DNA from: Felis catus
Lineage: Eukaryota
Length of the DNA stretch: 64,000 nucleotides
NCBI RefSeq assembly: GCF_018350175.1
Contig: NC_058368.1
Location: 145,330,001 to 145,394,000 of the forward strand
Reading direction: 5' to 3'
Shown: piece by piece, positions 26,417 through 38,774 of the stretch
Layout of the letters: each line of letters begins with the position of its first letter
Numbering within the stretch: position 1 is the stretch's first letter
Made by a program: the position numbers and the translations under genes
Notes under the pieces: model-generated
Told to the model about the DNA's origin: nothing
What the model saw: only the letters and a program-made list of their open reading frames with translations
The model's database searches: none

Positions 26417-27794
26417 GTAAGAACAGAAATTTTTATATTCTATATAAATGAAGGTTTGTTTTTTTTTTTTTTGACCATGTGAACCTCAGTAATTGAAACT
26501 AATATGTGAAAGCTAGTTTGATTTAGTAAAAGGCTTGAATTGAAGATGTTTTAAAACAGATGTCCATTTTATTGCTTCAACTATATATACTCATTATAAT
26601 TAAGCTAATGAAGTATTATCTAGAAAAGTCCTTAGATGACCTGCTTTAATTTAATAGATAAGAATGCTTAGCATATTAACTATCTGAATGTAAACAGATG
26701 CTTCTGTGGTGCTTCAAACCATTTATTTACACTATTAATTTTCTTAGGAAAGTACTTTTGTCCAGAGAGTGGAAAGATAATCCTGAAACCAAATCATAGT
26801 CAAACAATCACAAATTCTGAAATACTGAGAACTGAATTAATTGGGAATTTCTTAATATCGTAAACACATTCCAAAACATTCTTTCTTTTGATTCTATTTG
26901 GTAATAACAGTGTGAAAGGTCTATGTACTTATCTATTTCCACACAGACATTTAGTTAAGATTCTCTGCCACAAGCTTTTAAAGAGTTCATTGAGATAATT
27001 TTCAGAGAGGATGTTTCCTTTGCTTGATGTGTTAATCTCATTCCTAAAGAAGTGGTGATTCCTGTTTTTTTGCTTATTGGCTGTTTTCTGTATGAATTCT
27101 GAGAAATGTGAATAGTTTTGAACTGATTCCTATGATTCAGAACTAGGCCAGGGAAATCCAGGTCTTGATTCAGTCTAGAGTGCCACTGGAGAGAGAAGCC
27201 ATGATTTCCTTTGGGTCATATGCCAGCTAAGTTTTCATGGGGGTTGGGGTGGGGAGTGTCGGAGTGTCAGGGGAGACTCCAGCCCTGTTGGACAGTTCTT
27301 AAGCCTCTGTGGCATCTCCTGCTCCAGGATAACATGACCTTATTATTAGCACCTATTATTAATCTTTTTCCTGAGTATTTTATAATTTTGTTTGCTATTC
27401 TTTTTGAGTTTATTAATCTTATTTCTTCTGTGATTATTGACATATAAAAGAGTTGCTGCTTTTGTATGTCAACTTTGTAACCATACCATCACCTGAGTTT
27501 TCCTTTTAGTCTCAGTGATTTCTCTTGTGACTTCTTAGGTAGAGTGAGGTCATCTGCAAATGAAGAATTTTTGTTGCCTTCTTTGTAATATTTCTCTTAT
27601 TTTATGAATTAAGTTGAAAAATAAGTAATAATAATAACATATCTCCTTCATTAACTTTAATATCATTGTTTCTGATATATAATGATTTTAGAAAGTGCTG
27701 GTTGTTTATTCATTGAATGAGTATAGCTTTCTGACCTCTTTTGACCTGTAATAATTTGATGGCTATTTCTTCAAAAGTTTTCCTTTTTACCAGA

Positions 27795-28003
27795 TTTTTT
27801 AAAAAAGCTTATTTATTTATTTTGAGAGAGAGAGAATGAGCGGGAGAGGGGCAGAAAGAGAGAGGGAGAGAGAGCATCCCAAGCAGGCTCCACACTGTCA
27901 CCTCCGAGCCTAACGTGGGGCCTGAAGTCACCAACAGCAAGATCATGATCAGAGACCAAATCAAGAGGTCATTGCTTAACCCACTGAGGCACCCAGGTGT
28001 CCC
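27795..28003 (-). mobile_element. CanSINE
   Basis: Core motifs; TSD accagatttttt. Confidence 0.93.
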
Positions 28004-28115
28004 TCACCAGATTTTTTTAAAAAGAAAGTTTCTTTTGTCTTAAGCTGGAGGTAGAATAATAGATACTCCAGTTACCATTTCAGTGACCTGAATGGGTTAG
28101 GGAGGGAGCTGGGAC

Positions 28116-28122
<7 letters not shown>

Positions 28123-28158
<36 letters not shown>
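28123..28158. repeat. (TG)n microsatellite
   Basis: Seen directly. Confidence 0.95.
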
Positions 28159-28162
<4 letters not shown>

Positions 28163-29379
28163 ATGCATGCACATGTTGGGGGGTGCTGGGGTAGGTCTCT
28201 AGGAGGGAGATTCGTAAAATAATCCTTAAATACCTGTTCGAAATTTCCTCATTGAATTTGTTGAAACTAGTGCATCAAAAACTAGTTTCCAGGATGTGTT
28301 TTTATTCTTGTCTCGCCTCTGCTTCAGGGATAGATAGGGATGGCTGTGTTTGGCTCCTTGTTTGTTGCCACTGCCTGCTGAGTTAGGAAAGTTCCCTACC
28401 CTTGGAATGAGAATTGCACCTCTAATTAAGGGCAGTTTTCTTTAATGTGGGGGTGAGCCCATAGATAGTACCAAAAGAAAACAAAACACTGTTTAGAGAA
28501 AATCTTTATAGCCTTAGGGCAAGAACTGCAAACTCAAAAGCCTTGAAATCTGGGCATGGTAACATAAAAGGGTCAAGCTGCTAGGTACAAGACAATATGG
28601 ACACTGCATCCTATGGCCTGTAGCTGATCAGAGTGCTTGTCTTATTGCCAGGTTGGGAACATGGACCCAGGGGTTACCAGATCTTCCAAGAAAAGTGAAA
28701 AAGATCTAGGGGGGAGAAATCTCTAAATTTTCAAATATTGGTAACTAATTAAAAAAGATTTTTCAAAGTCAGGACCAAATCCAACATGCCGGTGATGTAT
28801 AGTATGTAGGATATGTGTGGCCAGTTGATGACTTCTGGGATTGGGTGTGTGTGTGGTAGGACTGTGGTTTCTTACCTCGCCCTGCCTCAGTGCATGGTGT
28901 TGATCTTAGTAAAGGGGGCTCTAGGCAAAGCACATACCTTTCTTCTGAATTTTGGGATGTTAGTATTTTTGCCACTTAATTTCTGCAGTTTTGTGTTAGT
29001 TTTATGAAGTAGATTATGAATCAGTCACTTGGTTATTTCTTTCAAACCTTACATATGTATTATATCTCATTTTTTTTTTGTGGGACTGTTGAGGAGAATA
29101 CTTACACTGTTGTTTTACTTTATAGGCTCCAGAAGTTTATTTTTATTTTGCTAAAACATAGTTGTCTTTAAGTATAGTTGGGAAACAACAAGCTGAACAT
29201 ATTTAAAGTACACAGTTTGATGTTTTGATGTGTATATAGACCTATGAGCCCTCAATACATTGAAGAGAGTGAACATATACATCACCTTGTATATCCTTGT
29301 ATACCTTCGTAATGCCTCCCTCCACCCCTAAAAACCATTATTTTTTTTCCTGCAAGTTATATTTAAGAAGAATCTTGGT

Positions 29380-29600
29380 GGGGTGCCTGAGTGGCTCAGT
29401 TGGTTAAGTGTCCTACTTCATTCAGTTCAGGTCATGATCTTGCGGTTCATGAGTTCGAGACCTGTGTCGGGCCCTGTGATGAAAGCTGAGAGTATGGAGC
29501 CTGCTTCATTCTGTCTCTCCTTCTCTCTGCCCCTCCCCTGCTCATGCTTTCTCTCTCTTCTTCTCAAAAAATAAATAAATATTTAAAAAAATTTTTTTTA
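29380..29600 (+). mobile_element. SINEC_Fc-like
   Basis: ggggtgcctgagtggctcagttggttaag head; TSD aagaagaatc. Confidence 0.94.
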
Positions 29601-30191
29601 AGAAGAATCCTGTTTATCCCTATATAGAGCGTCTCCTTTAAGGAGTACCCATATTGTCACTCATACCTTCAGGATTATTTATAAATAGATTTGGCACCAT
29701 CCATTTTATTTCTTAAATTTAAAAGAATCATGACAATATTTACAGAATTGGTTAAATTCAACTTTACAGATAAGGCAAAACATTACTTCCCCTGCAAAGT
29801 TAATGAGAAGAGCAGTGTGAATTAATGAAACATATAAATAATCTAAAAATTTAAAAATAAAACAGTTTCTTAAAGTCATCAAAATAGTTTCAATTTTTAT
29901 ATTTTAAAGGTATGTGGAATATGGAGAATAGGTCTAAGTCATTATTTTTCAGTGGAATGCATGCTCTTGGCATCTGGGCAGGACTGTTCTTGTTTCCGTA
30001 CCCCCAACATTTACAAACCTGTCAGGGAGGTGGTACACTCTTGTTGAGAGCCATTGTTTAACAGAATGGTTTGTCAGATATTAAAGATACAATTTAAGAG
30101 CATTAACTTTAGACTTAAACATGGCTATAAATCCTTCCTTTACCCTTTACTAGCTGGATTTTGGCCAAGTTAGTTAACGTCTCCAAACTTC

Positions 30192-30412
30192 TTTTCTTTA
30201 AAAAAAAATTTTTTTTTAATGTTTATTCATTTTTGAGAGACAAAGAGTGTGAGTGGGGGAGGAACAGAGAGAGAGGGAGACACAGAATCTGAGGCAGGCT
30301 CCAGGCTCTGAGCTGTCAGCACAGAGCCCGATGCAGGGCTCAAACCCACAAACTGAGATCGTGACCTGAGCCGAAGTCAGACGCTTAACCAACTGAGCCA
30401 CCTACGTACCCT
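30192..30412 (-). mobile_element. SINEC_Fc-like inserted in a MIR (~30105-30540)
   Basis: SINE core; the flanks read as MIR (ttggccaagttagttaac ... gtaagataggaataaaaataataccc...gattaaatgagat). Confidence 0.92.
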
Positions 30413-31234
30413 TTATTTTCTTTTTTTGTAAGATAGGAATAAAAATAATACCCACCATACAACATCGTAGTTGTGTAGATTAAATGAGATTTACATTCAT
30501 AGAGTTTAGCACTGTTTCTGGCACATGAAAAGCCAAATTATGGTTATAATTTTTAGCTAGTTGTTTGAAATTTTCAGTGTCTTTTATTACAGAAATAATG
30601 CTATAAATGAAATTGCAGTTAACTTTTCACAAAGTTCTGTTTAAGTGTATTTAGCACCAACTGTACTGGTCTTGGTATATTATTCTGAGTCTTCTAGGAT
30701 AAGGAAGAGCAAAAGATGGCAAATAACAGTGAATGCAAACAGCTTGAAAGACAAGTATCTTCAAAATCCAAGAGTTCATAAAAGAGAAAGAGAGACAGAG
30801 AGAGAAAATGATAGAATGAACAGACACAGGAGAGAATAGAGTAGAAGAGTCTCCATTGAACATTATTGGGAGAATCTAGGACATCAAGATTTTTGTTAGA
30901 AAATTATTAGTCAAAAGGAAAGAGATAAACATTTATCTTACTTTTTGTGTATGATCTATATTTCATGGTAACTAAATAGACTAATGTGATAAGGGAACTT
31001 TTATTTTTTCAAAATTCCATCTAATATACATAGAAATGATGGTAGAATTAGAAAATCATTACTTTTCAATGTCTGATGAAATGAATTAAGTGATAGTAAT
31101 CACTGGATGAAACTATTAGGTGAAAAGTTGATGGGGAATTTCGAAAGGAGGGATTGAGCTATCATCACGTGAACCTAGTGATTAGTTATGACATTACTAA
31201 AAATAGTGCATCCAGATATGATATACTTGCTGAA

Positions 31235-31451
31235 GTTTTTTTTTTTTAATGTCTATTTATTTTTGAGAGAGAGAGAGAGAAAGCAGGGGAGGGACAAAGA
31301 GAGGGGGAGACCAGAATTGGAAGCACGCTTCAGGCTCTCAGCTGTCAGCACAGAGCGTGACACAGGGCTCGAACTCACGAGGCTTCGAGCTGTGAGATCA
31401 TGACCTGAGCTGAAGTTGGCTGCCCAACCAACTGAGCCACCGACGCGCCCC
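31235..31451 (-). mobile_element. SINEC_Fc-like
   Basis: Core motifs; TSD atacttgctgaagtttt. Confidence 0.95.
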
Positions 31452-31689
31452 ATACTTGCTGAAGTTTTATAACTTATATCACAGAGCACAGTCCATGAAA
31501 TATTCTTGCTCAAAATGTTGAGCCTGAATAGAAATCAATTAAAGAAGTCAGTTGATAGAGAACCAAGTTAATTGATATCACAGGAAACAAATAGGGAAAC
31601 ACAGAAATCTAAAGGACAGCTGATCCAATTTCCTTAAAAATTTAATGGTTGGATAAAGAAGTGAAGAGAGGATTGCATCTCTATCTAGC

Positions 31690-32012
31690 AAGTTTGTTAT
31701 TCAAATATCCTTTCTGGGCAGTGACCAGTAAGTGGTCCCCATGTGCAAGACTAGTATGTAGCTTAGGTCATATGTGAGTCACTATGGGACAGTGACGACC
31801 ACCAGCCTGCTTCAGGGTCACAGGTCCACTGACCATGCACTTGGATGTTTTGAACAGTGTCAACTTGCTATGAAAGTTTCTAAGTCTTTACTTTTCTGAA
31901 TTTATCGTTTTGACCTATGGCAAAGAGTGTGAAGATTTTGATAATAGTTTTTGGACTAACAATAATCAGTACGTGAACAGACACCAGTTCAGACCACACT
32001 TGGAGCAGCACT
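31690..32012 (-). mobile_element. Charlie4-like hAT DNA transposon remnant
   Basis: Ends cagaccacacttggagcagcact (reverse of a CAGTGCTACTCAAAGTGTGGTC-type TIR); internal ggtccactgaccatgcacttggatgt...ttgctatgaaagtttctaag. Confidence 0.6.
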
Positions 32013-32889
32013 ACTCTAGTACTCAAAAATTCAAGACACATAACCTAATGTAATTTGTGATCCTGACTCAAACAAATCAACTGTAAAAGGGCCTTTTTAA
32101 AGATAGGGATATTTGATTATGGAATAAAGTATAAAATGATACCAGTTTAGCTTAGCAAAATAAAAAACAAACCAGGGATAGATGAAACAAATGAGGCAAA
32201 ATCTTAATATGTATTGAGTATGGGTAATGTATATATAGCTTTGAATTTGGTACTATTTTGTCTACTTTTATGTGTGTTCCATATATGCTTCCTTTTCTTC
32301 TATCTTGTCATAATTTACTCTTTACCCTAAACTTTGTTAGTAATTACTGATGTTCTTAGCCTTATCTTAGATTTAGACCCCCTTTGGGGATTTGTGCAGA
32401 GTTTAAAACTTCAAAGCAACTTACCTTCTAAATTTTTTGTTTTTCTGTTTTTACCTGCTAGAGAAGAATACATTAGTTTAGGACCTCAGTTCTGCGATTT
32501 GACCTTTCACAGGTTATTGATAAAATAATTTCCTGTGGGTTTCCAACTTTCTTCTCTCACTTTTGTATAACAAAAATAGCAAGAGAGATATTCAGATACT
32601 GCAGACAAAATACCATTCTACCTAATCTTGAGATTGGATTCTATACGGTTAATACTATTTTATATGTTATTGTTGAAGAAGAACTAAAGGGCCTCCCCAC
32701 CAACATTAATTCCCATCTCTCGTTAAACCTGCTTGATTATATTTTGAAATTTACATAGCAACACACTAGAAATATTTTAATTACTTTCTTTATAGCTCAG
32801 GAATAGTTGACTGAAAGGGCTTATTTCCTAATTTAGATAGAGTAAAATTTTGCAATTTCATTTCTTCTTAGAAATTTAAACTGATTTTT

Positions 32890-33108
32890 GGGACACCTGG
32901 TTCGCTCATTTGGTGAAGTGTCCAACTTCAGCTCAGGTCATGATCTTGCAGTTCTGTGGGTTTGAGCCCCTCATGAGGCTCTGTGCTAACAGCTCAGAGC
33001 CTGGAGCCTGCTTTGGATTCTGTGTCTCCCTTTCTCTCTGCCCCTCCCCCACTCAAGCTCTGTCTGTCTCTCAAAAATAAATAAATAAGCATTAAAAATT
33101 TTTTAAAA
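32890..33108 (+). mobile_element. SINEC_Fc-like
   Basis: gggacacctgg...gctcagagcctggagcctgctttggattctgtgtctccc; TSD tttaaactgattttt. Confidence 0.94.
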
Positions 33109-33120
33109 ATTTTAAACTGA

Positions 33121-35518
33121 TTTTTTTTAATATATGAAATTTATTGTCAAATTGGTTTCTATACAACACCCAGTGCGCATCCCAAAAGGTGCCCTCCTCA
33201 ATACCCATCACCCACCCTCCCCTCCCTCCCACCCCCCATCAACCCTCAGTTTGTTCTCAGTTTTTAACAGTCTCTTATGTTTTGGCTCTCTCCCACTCTA
33301 ACCTCTTTTTTTTTTTTTTTCCTTCCCTTCCCCATGGGTTTCTGTTAAGTTTCTTAGGATCCACATAAGAGTGAAACGATATGGTATCTGTCTTTCTCTG
33401 TATGGCTTATTTCACTCAGCATCACACTCTCCAGTTCCATCCACGTTGCTACAAAAGGCCATATTTCATTCTTTCTCATTGCCACGTAATATTCCATTGT
33501 GTATATAAACCACAATTTCTTTATCCATTCATCAGTTGATGGACATTTAGGCTCTTTCCATAATTTGGCTATTGTCGAGAGTGCTGCTGTAAACATTGGG
33601 GTACAAGTGGCCCTATGCATCAGTACTCCTGTATCCCTTGGATAAATTCCTAGCAGTGCTATTGCTGGGTCATAGGGTAGGTCTATTTTTAATTTTCTGA
33701 GGAACCTCCACACTGCTTTCCAGAGCGGCTGCACCAATTTGCATTCCCACCTACAGTGCAACAGGGTTCCCGTTTCTCCACATCCTCGCCAGCATCTATA
33801 GTCTCTTGATTTGTTCATTTTGGCCACTCTGACTGGCGTGAGGTGATATCTGAGTGTGGTTTTGATTTGTATTTCCCTGATAAGGAGCAACGTTGAACAT
33901 CTTTTCATGTGCCTGTTGGCCATCCGGATGTCTTCTTTAGAGAAGTGTCTATTCATGTTTTCTGCCCATTTCTCCACTGGGTTATTTGTTTTTCGAGTAT
34001 GGAGTTTGGTGAGCTCTTTATAGATTTTGGATACTAGCCCTTTGTCCGATATGTCATTTGCGAATATCTTTTCCCATTCCGTTGGTTGCCTTTTAGTTTT
34101 GTTGGTTGTTTCCTTTGCTGTGCAGAAGCTTTTTATCTTCATAAGGTCCCAGTAATTCACTTTTGCTTTTAATTCCCTTGCCTTTGGGGATGTGTCGAGT
34201 AAGAGATTGCTACGGCTGAGGTCAGAGAGGTCTTTTCCTGCTTTCTCCTCTAAGGTTTTGATGGTTTCCTGTCTCACATTTAGGTCCTTTATCCATTTTG
34301 AGTTTATTTTTGTGAATGGTGTGAGAAAGTGGTCTAGTTTCAACCTTCTGCATGTTGCTGTCCAGTTCTCCCAGCACCATTTGTTAAAGAGGCTGTCTTT
34401 TTTCCATTGGATGTTCTTTCCTGCTTTGTCAAAGATGAGTTGGCCATACGTTTGTGGGTCTCTTTCTGGGGTTTCTATTCTATTCCATTGGTCTATGTGT
34501 CTGTTTCTGTGCCAATACCATGCTGTCTTGATGATGACAGCTTTGTGGTAGAGGCTAAAGTCTGGGATTGTGATGCCTCCTGCTTTGGTCTTCTTCTTCA
34601 AAATTCCTTTGGCTATTCGGGGCCTTTTGTGGTTCCATATGAATTTTAGGATTGCTTGTTCTAGCTTCGAGAAGAATGCTGGTGCAATTTTGATTGGGAT
34701 TGCATTGAATGTGTAGGTAGCTTTGGGTAGTATTGACATTTTGACAATATTTATTCTTCCAATCCATGAGCAGGGAATGTCTTTCCATTTCTTTAAATCT
34801 TCTTCAATTACCTTCATAAGCTTTCTATAGTTTTCAGCATACAGATCTTTTACGTCTTTGGTTAGATTTATTCCTAGGTATTTTATGCTTCTTGGTGCAA
34901 TTGTGAATGGGATCAGTTTCTTTATTTGTCTTTCTGTTGCTTCATTGTTAGTGTATAAGAATGCAACTGATTTCTGTACATTGATTTTGTATCCTGCAAC
35001 TTTGCTGAATTCATGTATCAGTTCTAGCAGACTTTTGGTGGAGTCTATCGGATTTTCCATGTATAATATCATGTCATCTGCAAAAAGCGAAAGCTTGACT
35101 TCATCTTTGCCAATTTTGATGCCTTTGATTTCCTTTTGTTGTCTGATTGCTGATGCTAGAACTTCCAGCACTATGTTAAACAACAGCGGTGAGAGTGGGC
35201 ATCCCTGTCGTGTTCCTGATCTCAGGGAAAAAGCTCTCAGTTTTTCCCCATTGAGGATGGTATTAGCTGTGGGCTTTTCATAAATGGCTTTTGTGATCTT
35301 TAAGTATGTTCCTTCTATCCCGACTTTCTCAAGGGTTTTTATTAAGAAAGGGTGCTGGATTTTGTCAAAGGCCTTTTCTGCATCGATTGACAGGATCATA
35401 TGGTTCTTCTCTTTTTTTTTTTTTGTTAATGTGATGTATCATGTTGATTGATTTGCGAATGTTGAACCAGCCCTGCATCCCAGGAATGAATCCCACTTGA
35501 TCATGGTGAATAATTCTT
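33121..35518 (-). mobile_element. Young 5'-truncated L1 (L1_Fc-like), ~2.4 kb
   Basis: ORF2 RT/C-terminal coding sequence, G-rich 3' UTR, AATAAA and short A tail; TSD tttaaactgattttt at 33111-33125 and 35517-35531. Confidence 0.97.
33354..35399 (-). pseudogene. L1 ORF2p C-terminal part (RT core plus cysteine-rich domain), 681 aa uninterrupted; endonuclease missing
   Basis: Motifs [39 protein letters not shown] and [18 protein letters not shown]. Confidence 0.95.
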
Positions 35519-35531
35519 TAAACTGATTTTT

Positions 35532-35556
35532 AAAATAAAGTTTATTTACTTATTTT

Positions 35557-35587
<31 letters not shown>

Positions 35588-35747
35588 TGAGGGGGGTGCA
35601 GAGAGAGGGGGAGAAAGAGAATCCCAAGCAGGCTCTGTGCTGTCAGCCCAGAGCTGATGAGGTGCTCGATCCTTTGAGCCAAGGGATCACGATCTGAGCT
35701 GAAATAAAAAGTCCGACATTTAACAGACTGAACCACCTAGGCTCCCC
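35532..35747 (-). mobile_element. CanSINE
   Basis: (GA)n, gaatcccaagcaggctctgtgctgtcagc; TSD taaactgattttt. Confidence 0.93.
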
Positions 35748-36180
35748 TAAACTGATTTTTTAATTCTCTTTACTCATCTTTCTGGTTAATTCACATTGCT
35801 TTTCTTAAAAATCCTTTACCATTATGCTAATTATACAAAATTCATATTTTAAAAAATTGATTGTAAAGTATTTCTACATTTTACTTGATTCCATACTTTA
35901 ACACTATCTTGGTAGAAAATCTACCTTGCTCTTCCCATCAATCCTGTTGCCCTCCTGAATTTTACACGTTTCTAATTTGCACAGCTGTTTTTATTTTTAA
36001 TATCTTACCATAACAAAATTTCAAGGTGCAAAAGTAAAGAGAATAGTGTAATGAATTTGCATGTACCTATCACCTAGCTCCCACAATTAACAAGTCACAG
36101 CCAGGTACAGACTGTTTTAAAGCACCTCTAGCATATATAAAATGATGTAATATATCTCAATTTAATTAACTTGGCTTTCC

Positions 36181-38396
36181 ATTTATGAAAAGCCCACAGC
36201 TAATATCATCCTCAATGGGGAAAAACTGAGAGCTTTCCCCCTGAGATCAGGAACACGACAGGGATGTCCACTCTCACTGCTGTTGTTTAACATAGTGTTG
36301 GAAGTGCTAGCATCAGCAATCAGACAACAAAAGGAAATCAAAGGCATCAAAATTGGCAAAGATGAAGTCAAGCTTTCGCTTTATACAGATGACATGATAC
36401 TATACATGTAAAACCCGATAGACTCCACCAAAAGTCTGCTAGAACTGATGCATGAATTCAGCGAAGTCGTGGGATACAAAATCAATGTACAGAAATCAGT
36501 TGCATTCTTATGCACTAATAATGAAGCAACCAAAAGACAAATAAAGAAACTGATCCCATTCACAGTTGCACCAAGAAGCATAAAATACCTAGGAATAAAT
36601 CTAACCAAAGACGTAAAAGATCTGTATGCTGAAAACTATAGAAAGCTTATGAAGGTAATTGAAGAAGATACAAAGAAATGGAAAAACATTCTGTGCTCAC
36701 GGACTAGAAGAATAAATATTGTTAAAATGTCAATACTACCCAAAGCAATCTACACATTCGATGCAATCCCAATCAAAATTGCACCAGCATTCTTCTCGAA
36801 GCTAGAACAAGCAATCCTAAAATTCATATGGAACCACAAAAGGCCCCGAATAGCCAAAGGAATTTTGAAGAAGAAGACCAAAGCAGGAGGCATCACAATC
36901 CCAGACTTTAGCCTCTACTACAAAGCTGTAACCATCAAGACAGCATGGTATTGGCACAGAAACAGACACATAGACCAATGGAATAGAATAGAAACCCCAG
37001 AATGAGACCCACAAAAGTATGGCAAGCTAATCTTTGACAAAGCAGGAAAGAACATCCAATGGAAAACAGACAGTCTCTTTAACAAATGGTGCTGGGAGAA
37101 CTGGACAGCAACATGCAGAAGGATGACACTAGACCACTTTCTTACATAATTCACAAAAATAAACTCAAAATGGATAAAGGACAGGAAACCATGAAAACCC
37201 TAGAGGAGAAAGCAGGAAAACACCTCTCTGACCTCAGCCACAGCAATTTCTTACTTGACACATCCCCAAAGGCAAGGGAATTAAAAGCAAAAATGAACTA
37301 TTGGGACCTCATGAAGATAAAAAGCTTCTGCACAGCAAAGGAAACAAGCAACAAAACTAAAAGGCAACCGATGGAATGGGAGAAGATACTTGCAAATGAC
37401 ATATTGGATAAAGGGGTAGTATCCAAAATCTATAAACAACTCACCAAAGTCCACCCCTGAAAAACAAATAATCCAGGAAGAAATGGGCAGAAGACATGAA
37501 TAGACACTTCTCTAAAGAAGACATCCAGATGGCCAACAGGCACATGAAAAGATGCTCAATGTCACTCCTCATCAGGGAAATACAAATCAAAACCACACTG
37601 AGATACCACCTCACGCTGGTCAGAGTGGCTAAAATGAATAAATCAGGAGACTATAAATGCTGGTGAGGATGTAGAGAAACGGGAACCCTGTTGCACTGTA
37701 GGTGGGAATGCAAACTGGTGCAGCCGCTCTGGAAAACAGGGTGGAGGTTCCTCAAAAAATTAAAAATAGATCTACCCTATGACCCAGTAATAGCACTGCT
37801 AGGAATTTACCCAAGGGATACAGGAGTGCTGATTCATAGGGGCACTTGTACCCCAATGTTTATAGCAGCACTTTCGACAATAGCCAAATTATGGAAAGAG
37901 CCTAAATGTCCATCGACTGATGAATGGATAAAGAAGATGTGGTTTATATATACAATGGAATACTATTTGGCAATGAGAAAGAATGAAATCTGGCCATTTG
38001 TAGCAACGTGGATGGAACTGGAGAGTGTTATGGTAAGTAATATAAGTCAGGCAGAGAAAGACAGATACCATATGTTTTCACTCGTATGTGGATCCTGAGA
38101 AACTCAACAGAAGACCAGGGGGGGAGGGGAAGGGGGGGAAAAGTTACAGAGAGGGAAGGAGGCAAACCATAAGAGACTGTTAAATACTGAGAACAAACTG
38201 AGGGTTGATGAAGGGTGGGGGGGAGGGGAAAGTGGGTGATGGGCATTGAGGAGGGCACCTGTTGGGATGAGCACTGGGTGTTGTTTGGAAACCAAGTTGA
38301 CAATAAAGTTCATAAAAAGAAAAGAAACATAAACTATGTTCACTAAATGAGAATCAAATACAACAGTAGGTTTTAAAAAAAAAAGTAAAAAATAAA
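36181..38396 (+). mobile_element. 5'-truncated felid L1, somewhat older (stops and frameshifts), with probable 3' transduction
   Basis: ORF2 fragments at 36448-37005, 37086-37460 and 37691-38098; 3' UTR; TSD attaacttggctttc at 36165-36179 and 38399-38413. Confidence 0.96.
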
Positions 38397-38544
38397 TGAT
38401 TAACTTGGCTTTCTTTTTTCCCCATCTGTCTTCAAATTATCAGTACTTCAAGTCCACTCTAAATTTATTTATCATTATATATTAAAAATTAATGAATGAA
38501 CTCAGGAAAAGATTCTAGAGACATAAAATATTATTTCTATAATA

Positions 38545-38753
38545 TTTTAAAAGTTCATTTTATTTATTTTGAGAGAGAGAGAGACACCAAGCAAGCAGGG
38601 GAGGGGCAGAGAGAGAGGGGGAGAAAGCGAATCCCAAGCAGGCTCCACACTGTCAGCACAGAAGAGCCTAGTGTGAGGGGGTTGGGGTTCTGATCCTGAC
38701 CTGAGAAAAATTAAGAGTTGGATGCTTAACCAACTCAGCCACCCAGGCGCTCC
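38545..38753 (-). mobile_element. CanSINE
   Basis: Core motifs; TSD-like tatttctataat / tatttctacaat. Confidence 0.92.
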
Positions 38754-38774
38754 TATTTCTACAATTTTTAAATT

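Noticed and set aside
26417..26482. ORF continuation [21 protein letters not shown]
   Set aside because: Intronic read-through past the AAG|GTAAGA donor.
22421..31172. TFEB/MITF-type E-boxes TCACATGAC (22421) and TCACGTGA (31165) in an autophagy gene
   Set aside because: Isolated, 10-19 kb from the promoter, apparently within decayed repeats, and expected by chance in 64 kb.
34192..35283. Antisense ORFs over L1 (MSSKRLL..., MVRFIPRY...), repeated at other L1 copies
   Set aside because: By-products of L1 ORF2 codon structure. They recur only because the element recurs.
33121..38396. The two opposed L1s as a single twin-priming (5' inversion) insertion
   Set aside because: Both have their own 3' UTR, A-tail and distinct TSD, cover the same ORF2 interval and differ in decay, so they are independent insertions.
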